Assembly (NCBI RefSeq): GCF_017348835.2
Contig: NZ_CP071375.1
Source of the DNA: Escherichia coli
GTDB taxonomy: Bacteria > Pseudomonadota > Gammaproteobacteria > Enterobacterales > Enterobacteriaceae
Length of the DNA: 64,000 nucleotides
Direction: 5' to 3' (one strand)
Positions 31,650 through 45,532 of the stretch are shown piece after piece. Position numbers and translations under genes: made by a program. The first letter of the stretch is position 1. Every line of letters begins with the position of its first letter. Under the pieces are notes generated by a model that did no database searches, had not been told where the DNA came from, and saw only the letters and a list, made by a program, of their open reading frames with translations.

Positions 31650-34330
31650 ATATCCTCATGAAATTCTTCAAGTTCAGGGGCAGTTTGCTGGGGAAGTGTA
31701 ACACGAAAACAGGCACCACCTTCCGGTCGGTTGAACGCGGTAATAGTGCCCCCGTGTACATCCACTATCTCCCGACAAATTGCCAGTCCAAGCCCTACCC
31801 CCGGTACTGCCGACTCTTTATTCCCGCGAGCAAACTTATCAAATATCGTCTGCTCCTGGCCTGGCGGAAGACCGGGGCCGTTATCCCAGACATCCAGTTG
31901 TAGATTTTCGCCCTCAACGTGGGCATCGATACCAATTTCGGCCTGCGCACCCGCATATTTCACCGCGTTCTCCAGCAGATTAATCAGCACCCGTTCAAAG
32001 AGTGGCCCGTCAACGTGGATTAAGGTCAGCGGTTCTGGCAGAGAAAGATTGATGGGCGACGATAAACCCGGTTCCAGCATTTGCAGCGCGCTGCCGACCA
32101 CTTCTTCCAGCGTTAACCACTCTTTCTTCAAATTAAAGCCGCCGGACTGAATTCGCGCCATATCCAGTAGATTATTCACCAGTCGGGTAGTGTTCAGCAC
32201 GTGCTGACGGATCTCGCTGGCCTGGCGGGCGTGGGGTGATCCTTCGCTTGCCAGATCGAGCGTTAAGATTTCTGCCTGACCAAACAGCACCGTAAGCGGA
32301 GTGCGTAAATCATGCGAAAGCGCCGCCAGCAGGGCGTTACGGATCTGTTCACGTTCGCTTGCCATCCGCGCCTGTTCTTCGCTGGCGGTCAGCGTCAGCC
32401 GCTCAAGCGCATTGGCGACTAACAGCGTAAACGTCTCCAGCAGGCGCTGCTGTTCCGGGATCATCAACTGACGCAGATTCCCCGGTTCCACCACCACCAG
32501 CCCGTAGGTTTTCTCACCGCTTTTTAACGGCAAAATCTGGTACGGCACGCCGGGTAACGTGTCGGTGCCCGCACCCGCAGGCAGGCCTTTATCAAAACTC
32601 CACTGCGCGATGGCATCGTCCCACGGCGTCATTCCTTGCGGATGTGTTAACGGCTGCAATTTACCGTTGTCATCGGGCAACAACACCTGACTGCGGGCAT
32701 GAAACGTGGAGGCAATAAATTGTTCGCTGGTGGCGGCGATGTCCTGCGGACTGCGGCCCACCGCCAGAGCTTTCGACATTTCATATAAGTGCCGTGTGCG
32801 TTGCTCGCGGTAACGGGCTACCCGCGCCTGATAACGCACACCCGCAGTAAGGTTCCCGATCACCAGCCCGACGGTTAACATCACCGCGAAGGTCAGCAGA
32901 TATTGCACATCAGAGACGGCGAGCGTGCCGCGTGGGGCGATAAAAAAGAGATCGAAACTCACCACATTAATGACGGTAGCAACCACCGAAGGCCAGCGTC
33001 CATAAAATAGCGCCACCACCACCACGCCAAGTAGATACAGCATCACCAGGTTGGCGGCATCAAACGCCATCAGCCACTGCATGGCAATTAAGGTGATAAC
33101 GGCGCATAACGCGGCGGCAACCACGCATCCCTGAATCTGTACCCGCCACTTGTCTTTAAAAGAGCGGCTATCCGGCGCGTTGTTAATCGTGCGGGCGGGT
33201 GGTTCATCAAGCGCGACCAGAACCTGATCGAGATCGGGGGCGATGCGCGCCAGCCGGTCAGCAAACGTTTCCCGACGCCACCAGCGGCGCGAGGCTGGGC
33301 GACCGAGAATAATCTTACCGAGATTATGTTCACGGGCATAACGCACTACCGCTTTCTCTTCCGCTGGATCAGAAAGTGTTGCCGTCTCCGCGCCCAGCTC
33401 CTGCGCCAGACGTAAGGCGCTGAGAATTGCCCGACGTTTTTTCTCCGGTAAGCGATGCAGGGCAGGGGTTTCAACATACACCGCGTGCCAGACGCTCCCC
33501 AGCCGTGACGCCAGCCGCGCCGCCGCGCGGACCAGTTTTTCGCTGCCGGTGTTATGGCCGATGCATAAAAGGATCGCGTCGCGCGTGTGCCAGACTTTCT
33601 CTTCGCCAGGATGCCCCCGCCAGGCGCGCATTTGCTCATCAACGCGATCGGCAGTACGGCGCAGTGCCAGTTCGCGCAGGGCGATCAGATTGCCTTTGCG
33701 GAAAAAATGTTCAATGGCGCGCTCCGCCTGCCCGGCAATATAGACTTTGCCTTCTTTCAGCCGCTGGCGCAGATCGTCCGGGGGCAAGTCCACCAGAACC
33801 ACGTCGTCGGCGGCATCGAAAAAAGGATCGGGCACGGTTTCCCGTACCTGAATTCCGGTGACGCCGCTGACCACATCATTCAGGCTTTCCAGATGTTGAA
33901 CGTTGACGGTAGTGAAAACATCAATACCAACTTCCAGCAGTTCTTCGATATCCTGCCAGCGTTTGGGATGACGGGAACCTGGCGCATTACTGTGCGCCAG
34001 TTCGTCCATTAAGATCAGCGCCGGGCGGCGGGCGAGGGCGGCATCGAGATCAAACTCGCTTATATGCCGCCCACGGTACGCCTGGCGTTTTAACGGCAGA
34101 ACAGCCAGCCCTTCCAGCATGGCGGCGGTATCTTTTCGCCCGTGGGTTTCTACCACGCCAACCACAATATCCAGCCCTTGCGCCCGCAGTCGCTGGGCTT
34201 CTGCCAGCATCGCCCAGGTCTTCCCGACGCCTGCGCAGGCACCGAAGAAAACTTTCAGCTTCCCCCGATGCGGCGCGGCAGTTTGTTCCAGCAGACGATC
34301 GGGGTCGGGACGTAAGGGTTCGTTATTCAT
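31646..34330 (-). CDS. kdpD: sensor histidine kinase KdpD
   Basis: 894 aa from ATG 34330 ([14 protein letters not shown]); KdpD N-terminal domain, four TM helices and a HisKA/HATPase core; start overlaps the kdpC 3' end by 8 nt. Confidence 0.93.
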   Translation of the reverse strand: MNNEPLRPDPDRLLEQTAAPHRGKLKVFFGACAGVGKTWAMLAEAQRLRAQGLDIVVGVVETHGRKDTAAMLEGLAVLPLKRQAYRGRHISEFDLDAALARRPALILMDELAHSNAPGSRHPKRWQDIEELLEVGIDVFTTVNVQHLESLNDVVSGVTGIQVRETVPDPFFDAADDVVLVDLPPDDLRQRLKEGKVYIAGQAERAIEHFFRKGNLIALRELALRRTADRVDEQMRAWRGHPGEEKVWHTRDAILLCIGHNTGSEKLVRAAARLASRLGSVWHAVYVETPALHRLPEKKRRAILSALRLAQELGAETATLSDPAEEKAVVRYAREHNLGKIILGRPASRRWWRRETFADRLARIAPDLDQVLVALDEPPARTINNAPDSRSFKDKWRVQIQGCVVAAALCAVITLIAMQWLMAFDAANLVMLYLLGVVVVALFYGRWPSVVATVINVVSFDLFFIAPRGTLAVSDVQYLLTFAVMLTVGLVIGNLTAGVRYQARVARYREQRTRHLYEMSKALAVGRSPQDIAATSEQFIASTFHARSQVLLPDDNGKLQPLTHPQGMTPWDDAIAQWSFDKGLPAGAGTDTLPGVPYQILPLKSGEKTYGLVVVEPGNLRQLMIPEQQRLLETFTLLVANALERLTLTASEEQARMASEREQIRNALLAALSHDLRTPLTVLFGQAEILTLDLASEGSPHARQASEIRQHVLNTTRLVNNLLDMARIQSGGFNLKKEWLTLEEVVGSALQMLEPGLSSPINLSLPEPLTLIHVDGPLFERVLINLLENAVKYAGAQAEIGIDAHVEGENLQLDVWDNGPGLPPGQEQTIFDKFARGNKESAVPGVGLGLAICREIVDVHGGTITAFNRPEGGACFRVTLPQQTAPELEEFHEDM

Positions 34331-34895
34331 CAAGTTTATCCAGCGCCAGATTGAGTTCGACAATGTTGACGATCGGCTGGCCGATATATTTCACCAGTGG
34401 TTGTTGGCTGTATTTTGCGATCAGTTGCGTGAGCTGTTCAACGCTGAGATTACGCGCTTTCGCTACGCGTGGGATCTGCCAGGCCGCCGCTTGTGGGGTG
34501 ATGTTATTGTCCAGCCCGCTTGCCGACGCCGTCACCAGTTCAACCGGAACGTTCGCGCTGGCATCCGGGTTAGTGGCCCGTAATGCAGCAACGCGTGCGG
34601 CTATTAGTTTATTCAGCTCAGGGTTACTGACTGCCAGATTGCTCCCGCCAGAAGCCTGTGGATTATAGGGCATTTCTGCCGTTGCCGACGGGCGACCATG
34701 AAAATAGCCGTTGCCGGTAAAATTCTGCCCGATTAATGCCGAACCGCGCACCGTATCACCTTCACGAATCAACGAACCATTGGCCTGCCAGGGAAACCAC
34801 CATTGCCCCAGCACGGTGGTCAGCAGCGGGTAAACGCCGCCAGTAATCAATAACAGAAAGATAAATGTCGATAATGCCGGACGTAATCCACCCAT
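34323..34895 (-). CDS. kdpC: K+-transporting ATPase subunit C
   Basis: 190 aa from ATG 34895 ([16 protein letters not shown]), single N-terminal TM helix. Confidence 0.9.
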   Translation of the reverse strand: MGGLRPALSTFIFLLLITGGVYPLLTTVLGQWWFPWQANGSLIREGDTVRGSALIGQNFTGNGYFHGRPSATAEMPYNPQASGGSNLAVSNPELNKLIAARVAALRATNPDASANVPVELVTASASGLDNNITPQAAAWQIPRVAKARNLSVEQLTQLIAKYSQQPLVKYIGQPIVNIVELNLALDKLDE

Positions 34896-34903
34896 GGTAA
34901 ACC

Positions 34904-36952
34904 TCACACCAGACCGCAAACGGTCAGCAGTAAATCAATGACTTTGATACCAATAAACGGCACCAGCAGCCCACCCAGACCGTAAATCCATAAGTTACGG
35001 CGCAACATGGCAGAAGCGGTAAGCGGTTTATAACTCACGCCTTTTAACGCCAGGGGAATCAAAAAGACGATAATCAAGGCGTTGAAAATAACCGCACTGA
35101 GAATGGCGGAGTCGGGCGAATGCAGGCGCATGATGTTCAGCGCATTTAACTGCGGATACGTTACCGCGAATGCCGCCGGAATAATGGCGAAGTATTTCGC
35201 CACATCGTTGGCAATGCTGAAGGTGGTCAGCGAGCCACGGGTCATCAGCATCTGTTTGCCAATATGTACCACCTCGATCAACTTGGTCGGGTTAGAGTCG
35301 AGATCCACCATATTGCCCGCTTCTTTCGCCGCCTGAGTACCAGAGTTCATCGCCACCGCGACATCTGCCTGCGCCAGCGCCGGAGCATCGTTGGTGCCGT
35401 CGCCGGTCATCGCTACCAAACGGCCTTCCGCCTGATACTGACGGATCAATGCCAGCTTGGCCTCCGGTGTCGCTTCGGCGAGAAAATCATCGACGCCCGC
35501 TTCCGCGGCAATGGCGGCGGCAGTCAGACGGTTATCGCCGGTAATCATCACCGTTTTAATACCCATTTTGCGCAGCTGGGCGAAGCGTTCTTTAATGCCG
35601 CCTTTGACGATATCTTTCAACGCAATAACGCCCAGCACACGAGAACCTTCCACCACTACCAGCGGCGTGGCTCCCTGACGCGCAACCTGATCGACTTTTT
35701 GATCAACATCGGCAGGGAAGTGACCACCGTTAGCCTCAACGTGGCGGCGAATGGCATCGACAGAACCTTTACGGATCATGCGGTTGTCGATGTTGATCCC
35801 GCTCATCCGGCTTTGCGCAGTAAACGGTACAAAGGTGGCATGGAGCGACTGCACATCGCGCTCGCGCAGGTTAAAACGCTGCTTGGCGAGGATCACAATA
35901 CTGCGGCCTTCCGGCGTTTCATCAGCCAGCGAAGCCAGTTGTGCGGCGTCAGCCAGCGTTTTTTCATCCACGCCCTGCGCAGGGATAAACTCCGATGCCT
36001 GACGGTTACCGAGCGTGATGGTGCCGGTTTTATCCAGCAGCAAGACGTCAACGTCACCCGCCGCTTCAACCGCCCGCCCGCTGGTGGCAATCACATTCGC
36101 GCCCAGCATCCGACTCATCCCGGCGACGCCGATCGCTGACAACAGGCCGCCAATAGTGGTTGGGATCAGACAGACCAGCAGCGCCACCAGTACCGTTACG
36201 CTGACTGCATTACCGCCCCACGCGGAAAACGGCCACAGTGTGGCGGTTGCCAGTAAAAAGACGATAGTCAGGGCAATCAGCAGGATGGTCAGGGCAATCT
36301 CGTTCGGCGTTTTGCGTCGCTGTGCGCCTTCCACCATCGCGATCATCCGATCCAGAAATGTCTCGCCGGGGTTAACGCTACACTCAATCACCAGCCAGTC
36401 AGAAAGAATACGCGTGCCGCCGGTGACGGAGGCAAAATCGCCGCCGGATTCACGGATCACCGGTGCCGATTCCCCGGTGATGGCGCTTTCATCGACCGAT
36501 GCGCCGCCTTCAATGACTTCACCATCGCAGGGGATAATATCGCCAGCTTCTACCAGCACGATGTCACCTTTACGCAGTTGATCGGCAGGAACTTTGTCTG
36601 CCACAGCGCCATATTTCGGTTCGCGCAGCTTGCGAGCAAAAGCAGTTTTTTTCACTCCTTTCAGACTGTTGGCCTGCGCTTTACTGCGGCCTTCTGCCAG
36701 CGCCTCGGCGAAATTAGCGAACAGTACGGTGATCCACAGCCAACCGCTAATGGCCGCGCTAAACAGCGCATTGCCGGGCATCGCACCGCTTGCCATCGCG
36801 ATGCTAATACAGGTGGTCAGCAGACTGCCGATCCAGACGATAAACATCACCGGATTGCGCCATTGCGCCTGCGGGTTTAATTTTTTCACCGCTTCTTTCA
36901 GCGCCTGAACGACAAGTGTTGGTTCGAATAGCGCCAGTTGTTTACGACTCAT
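34904..36952 (-). CDS. kdpB: K+-transporting P-type ATPase subunit B
   Basis: 682 aa with phosphorylation motif DKTGT and hinge motif GDGTND. Confidence 0.97.
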   Translation of the reverse strand: MSRKQLALFEPTLVVQALKEAVKKLNPQAQWRNPVMFIVWIGSLLTTCISIAMASGAMPGNALFSAAISGWLWITVLFANFAEALAEGRSKAQANSLKGVKKTAFARKLREPKYGAVADKVPADQLRKGDIVLVEAGDIIPCDGEVIEGGASVDESAITGESAPVIRESGGDFASVTGGTRILSDWLVIECSVNPGETFLDRMIAMVEGAQRRKTPNEIALTILLIALTIVFLLATATLWPFSAWGGNAVSVTVLVALLVCLIPTTIGGLLSAIGVAGMSRMLGANVIATSGRAVEAAGDVDVLLLDKTGTITLGNRQASEFIPAQGVDEKTLADAAQLASLADETPEGRSIVILAKQRFNLRERDVQSLHATFVPFTAQSRMSGINIDNRMIRKGSVDAIRRHVEANGGHFPADVDQKVDQVARQGATPLVVVEGSRVLGVIALKDIVKGGIKERFAQLRKMGIKTVMITGDNRLTAAAIAAEAGVDDFLAEATPEAKLALIRQYQAEGRLVAMTGDGTNDAPALAQADVAVAMNSGTQAAKEAGNMVDLDSNPTKLIEVVHIGKQMLMTRGSLTTFSIANDVAKYFAIIPAAFAVTYPQLNALNIMRLHSPDSAILSAVIFNALIIVFLIPLALKGVSYKPLTASAMLRRNLWIYGLGGLLVPFIGIKVIDLLLTVCGLV

Positions 36953-36974
36953 ATTCAGTGCTCACTCAATATCA

Positions 36975-38648
36975 TCAGGAGAGATATTCCGCCACCGGAC
37001 CAAGCGCTAGGGCAGGGATAAAGGTCAGTGCGCCAACCAGCAACACGGTGCCGATTAACAGGCCAACAAACAGCGGGCCGTGCGTTGGCAGCGTGCCGGA
37101 GCTGGCGGGTTGGCTCTTTTTACTCACCAGCGAACCGGCAATTGCCATCACCGGGATAATCACCCCGAAGCGACCGACAAACATGCAGAACGCCAGTAAA
37201 CAGTTCCAGAACGGAGAGTTGGCGCTTAATCCGGCAAAGGCGCTGCCGTTGTTGTTAGCGGCGGATGACACGGCGTACAGCACTTCGCTAAAACCATGCG
37301 GGCCAGGGTTGAGCATGGCGCTACGTCCGGCGTCGGTCATCATCGCCAGCGCCGCGCCCATCAGCACCAGTGTTGGAGTAACCAGAATCGCCAGTGCAGT
37401 CAATTTCATCTCACGTACGTCGATTTTTTTACCCAGATATTCCGGTGTACGACCAATCATCAGCCCGGCAATAAACACCGCCAGCAGGACAAACAGCATC
37501 ATGCCGTAAAGACCAGAACCGACACCGCCGAATACCACTTCACCAATTTGCATCAGCCACATCGGCACCATGCCACCGAGAGCGGTAAACGAATCATGCA
37601 TCGCAATCACCGCGCCACAGGAAGCCGCCGTAGTCACGACCGCAAACAGGCTACTGACCAGCACGCCGAAACGGCTCTCTTTACCTTCCATATTGATGCT
37701 GCTGTCCGCGCCCAGTGCCAGCAGATGCGGATTACCCTGAACTTCTGCCCACATCACCACGCCTACGCAGATGACAAAAATCACTGACATCGCCCACAGC
37801 AACATGCGCCCCTGGCGGCGATCGCCCGTCACTTCACCAAAGGCAAAGCACAGCGCTGTTGGGATCAAGAAGATCGCCAGCATCTGCACGAAGTTGGTCA
37901 GTGCGGTTGGGTTTTCAAACGGATGCGACGAGTTGGCATTAAAGAAGCCACCGCCGTTAGTACCGAGCATCTTGATCGCTTCCTGAGAAGCTACTGGCCC
38001 CATGGGTAACAGCTGTTGCGCTCCTTCAACGGTATTCACTGCCTGATAGGGCAGAAAGTTTTGCAGCGCACCTTGTTGAATAAAAAACAGTGCGATCAAC
38101 AACGCCACAGGGACTAGCACCCATAACGTGATGCGTAGCAGATCGACCCAGGCATTCCCGAGTGTGCTCATGCTCTGGCGAGTAAACGCACGGATGAGGG
38201 CAAAAATCACCGCAATCCCGCTGGCGGCAGAAAGAAAGTTTTGTACCGTTAAGCCCGCCATCTGGCTGAAATAGCTCAACGTGGTTTCACCGCTATAAGA
38301 TTGCCAGTTGGTATTGGTGACAAAGCTGACGGCGGTATTCAGCGCCAGATCCCACGACAGCCCCGGCAACTGCTGTGGATTAAGCGGCAGATAGTGCTGA
38401 CCGAGCAACATAAAAAAAAGCACCGCCAGCCCCAGCATGTTCAGGCCGAGAATGGCACAGAGATATTGCTTCCAGTTCATCTCATGGTCAGAGACGCCAG
38501 GTAAACGAAAGAGTACGCGTTCAACGCCCGCTGTACCGGGAAGAGATATGTCATTAATCAGCCGTGCCAGCCCGCTGCCTAAAGGGCGCGCCAGCACCAT
38601 TAACACCAGTAAAAACGTGGCGATCAGTAAGAACCCTTGCGCAGCCAT
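36975..38648 (-). CDS. kdpA: K+-transporting ATPase subunit A
   Basis: The ORF track gives 605 aa; the conserved N-terminus [14 protein letters not shown] starts at ATG 38648 (557 aa). Confidence 0.93.
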   Translation of the reverse strand: MAAQGFLLIATFLLVLMVLARPLGSGLARLINDISLPGTAGVERVLFRLPGVSDHEMNWKQYLCAILGLNMLGLAVLFFMLLGQHYLPLNPQQLPGLSWDLALNTAVSFVTNTNWQSYSGETTLSYFSQMAGLTVQNFLSAASGIAVIFALIRAFTRQSMSTLGNAWVDLLRITLWVLVPVALLIALFFIQQGALQNFLPYQAVNTVEGAQQLLPMGPVASQEAIKMLGTNGGGFFNANSSHPFENPTALTNFVQMLAIFLIPTALCFAFGEVTGDRRQGRMLLWAMSVIFVICVGVVMWAEVQGNPHLLALGADSSINMEGKESRFGVLVSSLFAVVTTAASCGAVIAMHDSFTALGGMVPMWLMQIGEVVFGGVGSGLYGMMLFVLLAVFIAGLMIGRTPEYLGKKIDVREMKLTALAILVTPTLVLMGAALAMMTDAGRSAMLNPGPHGFSEVLYAVSSAANNNGSAFAGLSANSPFWNCLLAFCMFVGRFGVIIPVMAIAGSLVSKKSQPASSGTLPTHGPLFVGLLIGTVLLVGALTFIPALALGPVAEYLS

Positions 38649-38737
38649 CAGAACGCCTCCGCATTGATCAGGGCATAAACCAGATAACCCAGTAATAAAA
38701 ACACCAGCAATACGCCGGCTATCACGCCTGCACTCAC
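38648..38737 (-). CDS. kdpF: K+-transporting ATPase subunit F (small membrane peptide)
   Basis: 29 codons (M)[28 protein letters not shown] from GTG 38737, with a GGAGG Shine-Dalgarno 6 nt upstream; its stop TGA overlaps the kdpA ATG. Confidence 0.8.
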   Translation of the reverse strand: MSAGVIAGVLLVFLLLGYLVYALINAEAF

Positions 38738-38814
38738 AGTGCACCTCCAGTGGCCTAAAAGTGATACCGGAAGGGTAGAATTCTGGCTGCAAAGATTTCG
38801 CAAAAATCTGCGGG

Positions 38815-38840
38815 TGGGGTGTAAAAAAAGTATAAAAATG
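38815..38840 (-). promoter_or_regulatory. KdpE binding site of the kdpFABC promoter
   Basis: Minus-strand sequence CATTTTTATACTTTTTTTACACCCC with direct half-sites TTTATA and TTTACA, about 80 bp upstream of kdpF. Confidence 0.6.
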
Positions 38841-39049
38841 GCAAAAGCCATGATTTAACTAATGTTTAGTATTAATTTAACTTTTGTGTAACTTAATTAC
38901 AGGGTGAATGTAAATAAACCATCAATAAGCAAAAATAAGTGGTCGGATGAGTAGTAAAATTACACAAAAGGCGGTACTATTTTCATCAGATAAACAAATT
39001 CATTTTTCCGGTGCTATTCACCGGGTAGATACAAAAGGGGGAGAAAAGT

Positions 39050-39256
39050 ATGGAACTCTACAGAGAATATCCTGCATGGCTTATCTTTTTACGCCGTACT
39101 TATGCGGTTGCAGCGGGCGTTCTGGCGCTGCCTTTCATGCTTTTCTGGAAAGACCGCGCCCGCTTTTACAGCTACCTGCATCGCGTCTGGTCGAAAACCA
39201 GCGATAAACCGGTGTGGATGGATCAGGCCGAAAAGGCAACTGGTGATTTTTACTGA
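39050..39256 (+). CDS. ybfA: small uncharacterized protein YbfA
   Basis: 68-aa [36 protein letters not shown]... with a good Shine-Dalgarno; recognised as YbfA. Confidence 0.8.
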
Positions 39257-39280
39257 TTGCTGAGTTCTGAATACATTGAA

Positions 39281-39311
39281 AACCGCTAGTGGAAACGCTG
39301 GCGGTTTTTTT
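39281..39311 (+). terminator. probable ybfA intrinsic terminator
   Basis: Hairpin aaccgc...gcggtt followed by a T7 run. Confidence 0.55.
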
Positions 39312-39357
39312 CTTTTCGCCGTCTACACTTACTCCTGTAAACCGTTCAGGAGCAGTA

Positions 39358-39867
39358 ATGAATCAGCAACGATTTGATGACAGCACCCTAATCCGTATCT
39401 TCGCCCTTCATGAGTTACATCGACTGAAAGAACATGGCTTAACGCGCGGGGCGCTTCTCGATTATCACAGCCGCTATAAACTCGTCTTTCTGGCTCATTC
39501 CCAGCCGGAATACCGCAAACTTGGCCCGTTCGTGGCTGATATTCACCAGTGGCAAAATCTGGATGACTATTACAACCAGTACCGCCAACGCGTAGTTGTT
39601 TTGCTTTCTCACCCCGCCAACCGACGTGACCACACCAACGTTTTGATGCACGTTCAGGGTTATTTTCGCCCGCATATTGATTCCACAGAACGCCAGCAGC
39701 TGGCTGCGCTTATCGACAGTTATCGCCGTGGCGAGCAACCGCTTCTTGCGCCGCTGATGCGTATCAAACACTATATGGCGCTTTATCCTGACGCCTGGCT
39801 TTCAGGGCAGCGTTATTTCGAACTTTGGCCGCGTGTGATTAACTTGCGCCATTCAGGAGTTTTATGA
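39358..39867 (+). CDS. ybgA: DUF1722-family protein YbgA
   Basis: 169 aa from ATG 39358 (MNQQRFDDSTLIRIF) with an AGGAG Shine-Dalgarno; the ORF-track start at 39289 would read through the ybfA terminator. Confidence 0.85.
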   Translation: MNQQRFDDSTLIRIFALHELHRLKEHGLTRGALLDYHSRYKLVFLAHSQPEYRKLGPFVADIHQWQNLDDYYNQYRQRVVVLLSHPANRRDHTNVLMHVQGYFRPHIDSTERQQLAALIDSYRRGEQPLLAPLMRIKHYMALYPDAWLSGQRYFELWPRVINLRHSGVL

Positions 39868-41282
39868 CTACCCATCTGGTCTGGTTTCGCCAGGATTTAC
39901 GTCTGCATGATAATCTCGCGCTGGCTGCCGCCTGCCGCAATTCGTCTGCACGCGTGCTGGCGTTGTATATCGCTACACCACGCCAGTGGGCGGCGCATAA
40001 TATGTCGCCGCGTCAGGCTGAACTTATCAATGCTCAACTGAACGGGCTACAAATCGCGCTGGCGGAAAAAGGCATTCCTTTATTGTTCCGTGAAGTGGAT
40101 GACTTTGCCGCCAGCGTCGAAATAGTTAAACAGGTGTGCGCGGAAAACAGCGTTACTCATCTTTTTTATAACTATCAGTATGAGGTGAATGAGCGGGCGC
40201 GGGATGTGCAGGTTGAGAGAACGCTGCGTAACGTGGTGTGTGAAGGATTTGATGACAGCGTGATCCTGCCGCCTGGCGCGGTGATGACCGGCAATCATGA
40301 GATGTACAAAGTCTTTACGCCTTTTCAAAATGCCTGGCTGAAACGGCTGCGGGAAGGGATGCCGGAGTGCGTCGCTGCACCAAAAGTTCGTAGTAGCGGA
40401 TCGATAAAGCCCGCGCCATCAATTACGCTGAATTATCCTCGTCAGTCTTTCGATACTGCGCATTTTCCGATGGAAGAAAAAGCGGCGATTGCGCAATTAC
40501 GCCAGTTTTGCCAGAACGGTGCCGGAGAATATGAGCAACAACGAGATTTTCCGGCAGTTGAAGGCACCAGCCGTTTGTCCGCCAGCCTGGCAACGGGCGG
40601 GTTATCACCTCGCCAGTGTTTGCATCGCCTGTTGGCGGAACAGCCGCAGGCGCTGGACGGTGGGGCCGGTAGTGTCTGGCTTAGTGAGCTGATCTGGCGC
40701 GAGTTCTACCGTCATCTGATGACGTATTACCCCTCGTTGTGTAAACATCGTCCATTTATTGCCTGGACGGATCGTGTGCAGTGGCAAAGCAATCCCGCCC
40801 ATTTAAAGGCCTGGCAGAAAGGCAAAACGGGATACCCGATTGTTGATGCCGCTATGCGTCAGCTTAACAGCACTGGCTGGATGCATAACCGGCTACGGAT
40901 GATTACAGCCAGTTTTCTGGTGAAAGATTTGTTGATCGACTGGCGCGAAGGCGAGCGATATTTCATGTCGCAGCTGATTGATGGTGATTTGGCAGCCAAT
41001 AACGGTGGCTGGCAGTGGGCGGCTTCTACGGGTACTGATGCAGCGCCGTATTTTCGTATTTTCAACCCGACAACCCAGGGCGAGAAATTTGACCGCGAAG
41101 GCGAGTTTATCCGCCAGTGGCTACCGGAACTACGCAATGTACCGGGGAAATCGGTGCATGAGCCGTGGAAGTGGGCGCAGAAAGCAGGTGTGAAGCTGGA
41201 TTATCCGCAACCGATAGTCGAGCACAAAGAGGCGAGAGTACAAACGTTGGCAGCGTATGAGGCGGCGCGGAAGGGGAAATAA
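39864..41282 (+). CDS. phr: deoxyribodipyrimidine photolyase
   Basis: 472-aa ORF with photolyase N-terminal and FAD-binding domains; ATGA overlap with ybgA. Confidence 0.95.
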   Translation: MTTHLVWFRQDLRLHDNLALAAACRNSSARVLALYIATPRQWAAHNMSPRQAELINAQLNGLQIALAEKGIPLLFREVDDFAASVEIVKQVCAENSVTHLFYNYQYEVNERARDVQVERTLRNVVCEGFDDSVILPPGAVMTGNHEMYKVFTPFQNAWLKRLREGMPECVAAPKVRSSGSIKPAPSITLNYPRQSFDTAHFPMEEKAAIAQLRQFCQNGAGEYEQQRDFPAVEGTSRLSASLATGGLSPRQCLHRLLAEQPQALDGGAGSVWLSELIWREFYRHLMTYYPSLCKHRPFIAWTDRVQWQSNPAHLKAWQKGKTGYPIVDAAMRQLNSTGWMHNRLRMITASFLVKDLLIDWREGERYFMSQLIDGDLAANNGGWQWAASTGTDAAPYFRIFNPTTQGEKFDREGEFIRQWLPELRNVPGKSVHEPWKWAQKAGVKLDYPQPIVEHKEARVQTLAAYEAARKGK

Positions 41283-41309
41283 CAGACGCGTCAGGCAATC
41301 GAGCCCAGA

Positions 41310-41417
41310 TGCCGGATGCGGCGTGAACGCCTTATCCAGCCTACAAATTTGTGCAAATTCAATAAATTGCAGGAAATACGTAGGCCTGATAAGACGCGTC
41401 AAGCGTCGCATCAGGCA
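41310..41417. repeat. BIME / RIP-like element (two inverted REPs with a conserved linker)
   Basis: REP tgccggatgcggcgtgaacgccttatccagcctac and inverted REP gtaggcctgataagacgcgtcaagcgtcgcatcaggca separated by a linker containing aattcaataaattgcagga, as at 10099-10198. Confidence 0.75.
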
Positions 41418-41431
41418 TCGGTGCTGGCCTA

Positions 41432-43096
<1,665 letters not shown>

Positions 43097-43183
43097 TTAA
43101 TATGTCAAAAGATTGGCTATCGACGAACTGGCGAGGTAACGCTATGTTAACGGTGTAGCTATCAGAATACGGAAGGCGCGAAG

Positions 43184-43927
43184 ATGAAAAACACCGAACT
43201 GGAACAACTGATTAACGAAAAACTGAACAGCGCGGCGATTAGTGATTACGCGCCGAATGGTTTGCAGGTAGAAGGCAAAGAGACGGTGCAAAAAATTGTT
43301 ACCGGTGTCACTGCCAGCCAGGCTTTGCTCGATGAGGCAGTGCGTCTGGGCGCGGATGCGGTCATTGTGCATCATGGCTACTTCTGGAAAGGAGAGTCTC
43401 CGGTCATTCGCGGAATGAAGCGTAACCGTTTAAAAACGTTGCTGGCGAATGATATCAACCTGTATGGCTGGCATTTGCCGCTTGACGCACATCCTGAGCT
43501 GGGCAATAACGCACAGCTGGCGGCGTTACTGGGGATCACGGTCATGGGCGAAATTGAGCCGTTGGTGCCGTGGGGCGAACTGACCATGCCTGTGCCGGGA
43601 CTGGAGCTGGCTTCCTGGATTGAAGCGCGTCTGGGACGTAAGCCGTTATGGTGTGGCGATACCGGACCTGAGGTGGTCCAGCGCGTCGCCTGGTGCACGG
43701 GCGGCGGGCAAAGTTTTATCGATAGCGCCGCGCGTTTTGGCGTGGATGCTTTTATTACTGGCGAAGTTTCTGAACAGACCATTCATTCAGCCCGCGAGCA
43801 GGGATTGCATTTTTATGCTGCAGGTCACCATGCCACTGAACGTGGTGGTATTCGCGCATTGAGCGAGTGGCTGAATGAAAATACCGATCTTGATGTGACC
43901 TTTATTGATATTCCTAATCCTGCATAA
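43184..43927 (+). CDS. ybgI: Nif3-family metal-binding protein (GTP cyclohydrolase 1 type 2 homolog)
   Basis: 247-aa ORF recognised as YbgI. Confidence 0.9.
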   Translation: MKNTELEQLINEKLNSAAISDYAPNGLQVEGKETVQKIVTGVTASQALLDEAVRLGADAVIVHHGYFWKGESPVIRGMKRNRLKTLLANDINLYGWHLPLDAHPELGNNAQLAALLGITVMGEIEPLVPWGELTMPVPGLELASWIEARLGRKPLWCGDTGPEVVQRVAWCTGGGQSFIDSAARFGVDAFITGEVSEQTIHSAREQGLHFYAAGHHATERGGIRALSEWLNENTDLDVTFIDIPNPA

Positions 43928-43949
43928 CGAATAATCAGAGGGATCGAAA

Positions 43950-44606
43950 GTGCAACGAGCGCGTTGTTATCTGATAGGTGAAACGGCGGTAGTGCTGGAA
44001 CTGGAACCGCCGGTGACGCTGGCTAGCCAGAAACGGATCTGGCGACTGGCGCAGCGTCTGGTGGATATGCCGAATGTGGTTGAAGCCATTCCCGGCATGA
44101 ACAATATCACGGTGATTTTGCGTAATCCTGAGTCGCTGGCGCTGGATGCCATAGAGCGTTTGCAACGCTGGTGGGAGGAGAGCGAGGCCCTGGAACCTGA
44201 GTCTCGCTTTATTGAAATTCCGGTGGTTTACGGTGGTGCAGGCGGACCGGATTTGGCGGTGGTCGCGGCGCATTGCGGGTTGAGCGAAAAACAGGTTGTT
44301 GAATTGCACTCCTCCGTGGAATACGTGGTCTGGTTTTTAGGTTTTCAACCGGGCTTCCCGTATCTCGGGAGTTTGCCGGAACAACTACACACGCCACGGC
44401 GCGCTGAACCGCGCTTGCTCGTTCCGGCAGGTTCTGTCGGGATCGGCGGGCCGCAGACTGGTGTTTATCCGCTGGCAACGCCGGGTGGCTGGCAGTTGAT
44501 TGGTCATACCTCACTCAGCCTGTTTGATCCGGCGCGTGACGAACCCATCTTATTACGTCCGGGAGACAGCGTGCGCTTTGTACCGCAAAAGGAGGGAGTA
44601 TGCTGA
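43950..44606 (+). CDS. pxpB: 5-oxoprolinase subunit B
   Basis: 218-aa ORF starting on GTG 43950; recognised as YbgJ/PxpB; overlaps pxpC. Confidence 0.9.
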
Positions 44607-45532
44607 AGATTATTCGTGCGGGCATGTATACCACTGTGCAAGATGGCGGTCGTCACGGTTTTCGCCAGTCGGGTATCAGCCACTGCGGCGCACTGGATAT
44701 GCCTGCGTTACGCATTGCTAACCTGCTGGTGGGTAATGACGCCAATGCCCCCGCGCTGGAGATCACGCTCGGTCAGTTAACGGTTGAGTTCGAAACTGAT
44801 GGGTGGTTTGCTCTGACGGGTGCCGGTTGCGAAGCGCGGCTGGATGATAATGCCGTCTGGACCGGCTGGCGATTGCCGATGAAAGCAGGCCAGCGTTTAA
44901 CGCTTAAACGCCCGCAGCACGGGATGCGCAGTTATCTGGCGGTCGCGGGTGGTATTGATGTTCCGCCGGTAATGGGATCATGCAGCACCGATCTCAAAGT
45001 GGGGATTGGCGGGCTGGAAGGCCGTTTACTGAAGGATGGTGACCGACTCCCGATTGGCAAATCGAAGCGTGATTTTATGGAAGCGCAGGGCGTTAAACAG
45101 CTGCTGTGGGGCAACCGCATTCGCGCCTTGCCGGGGCCGGAATATCATGAGTTCGATCGCGCCTCGCAGGATGCATTCTGGCGTTCGCCCTGGCAGCTTA
45201 GCTCGCAAAGTAACCGCATGGGCTATCGCTTACAGGGGCAAATTTTAAAACGCACCACCGATCGCGAACTGTTATCTCACGGTTTGTTACCGGGCGTGGT
45301 GCAGGTGCCGCATAACGGGCAGCCGATTGTGTTGATGAACGACGCACAGACCACCGGTGGTTACCCGCGTATTGCCTGTATCATTGAGGCTGATATGTAC
45401 CATCTGGCGCAAATTCCGCTCGGTCAGCCGATTCATTTTGTCCAGTGTTCACTGGAAGAGGCACTGAAAGCGCGGCAAGATCAGCAACGTTATTTTGAAC
45501 AATTAGCGTGGCGGCTGCACAATGAAAATTGA
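44600..45532 (+). CDS. pxpC: 5-oxoprolinase subunit C
   Basis: 310-aa ORF recognised as YbgK/PxpC; overlaps pxpB and pxpA. Confidence 0.9.

Noticed and set aside
35264-36581. ORFs of 291 and 188 aa antisense to kdpB
   Set aside because: Overlap the kdpB P-type ATPase on the opposite strand; Arg/Ala/Ser-rich translations without recognisable features.
38947-39207. 86-aa ORF overlapping ybfA in another frame
   Set aside because: Overlaps the recognised ybfA gene, which has a much better Shine-Dalgarno and a recognisable product; the start falls in the kdp promoter region.
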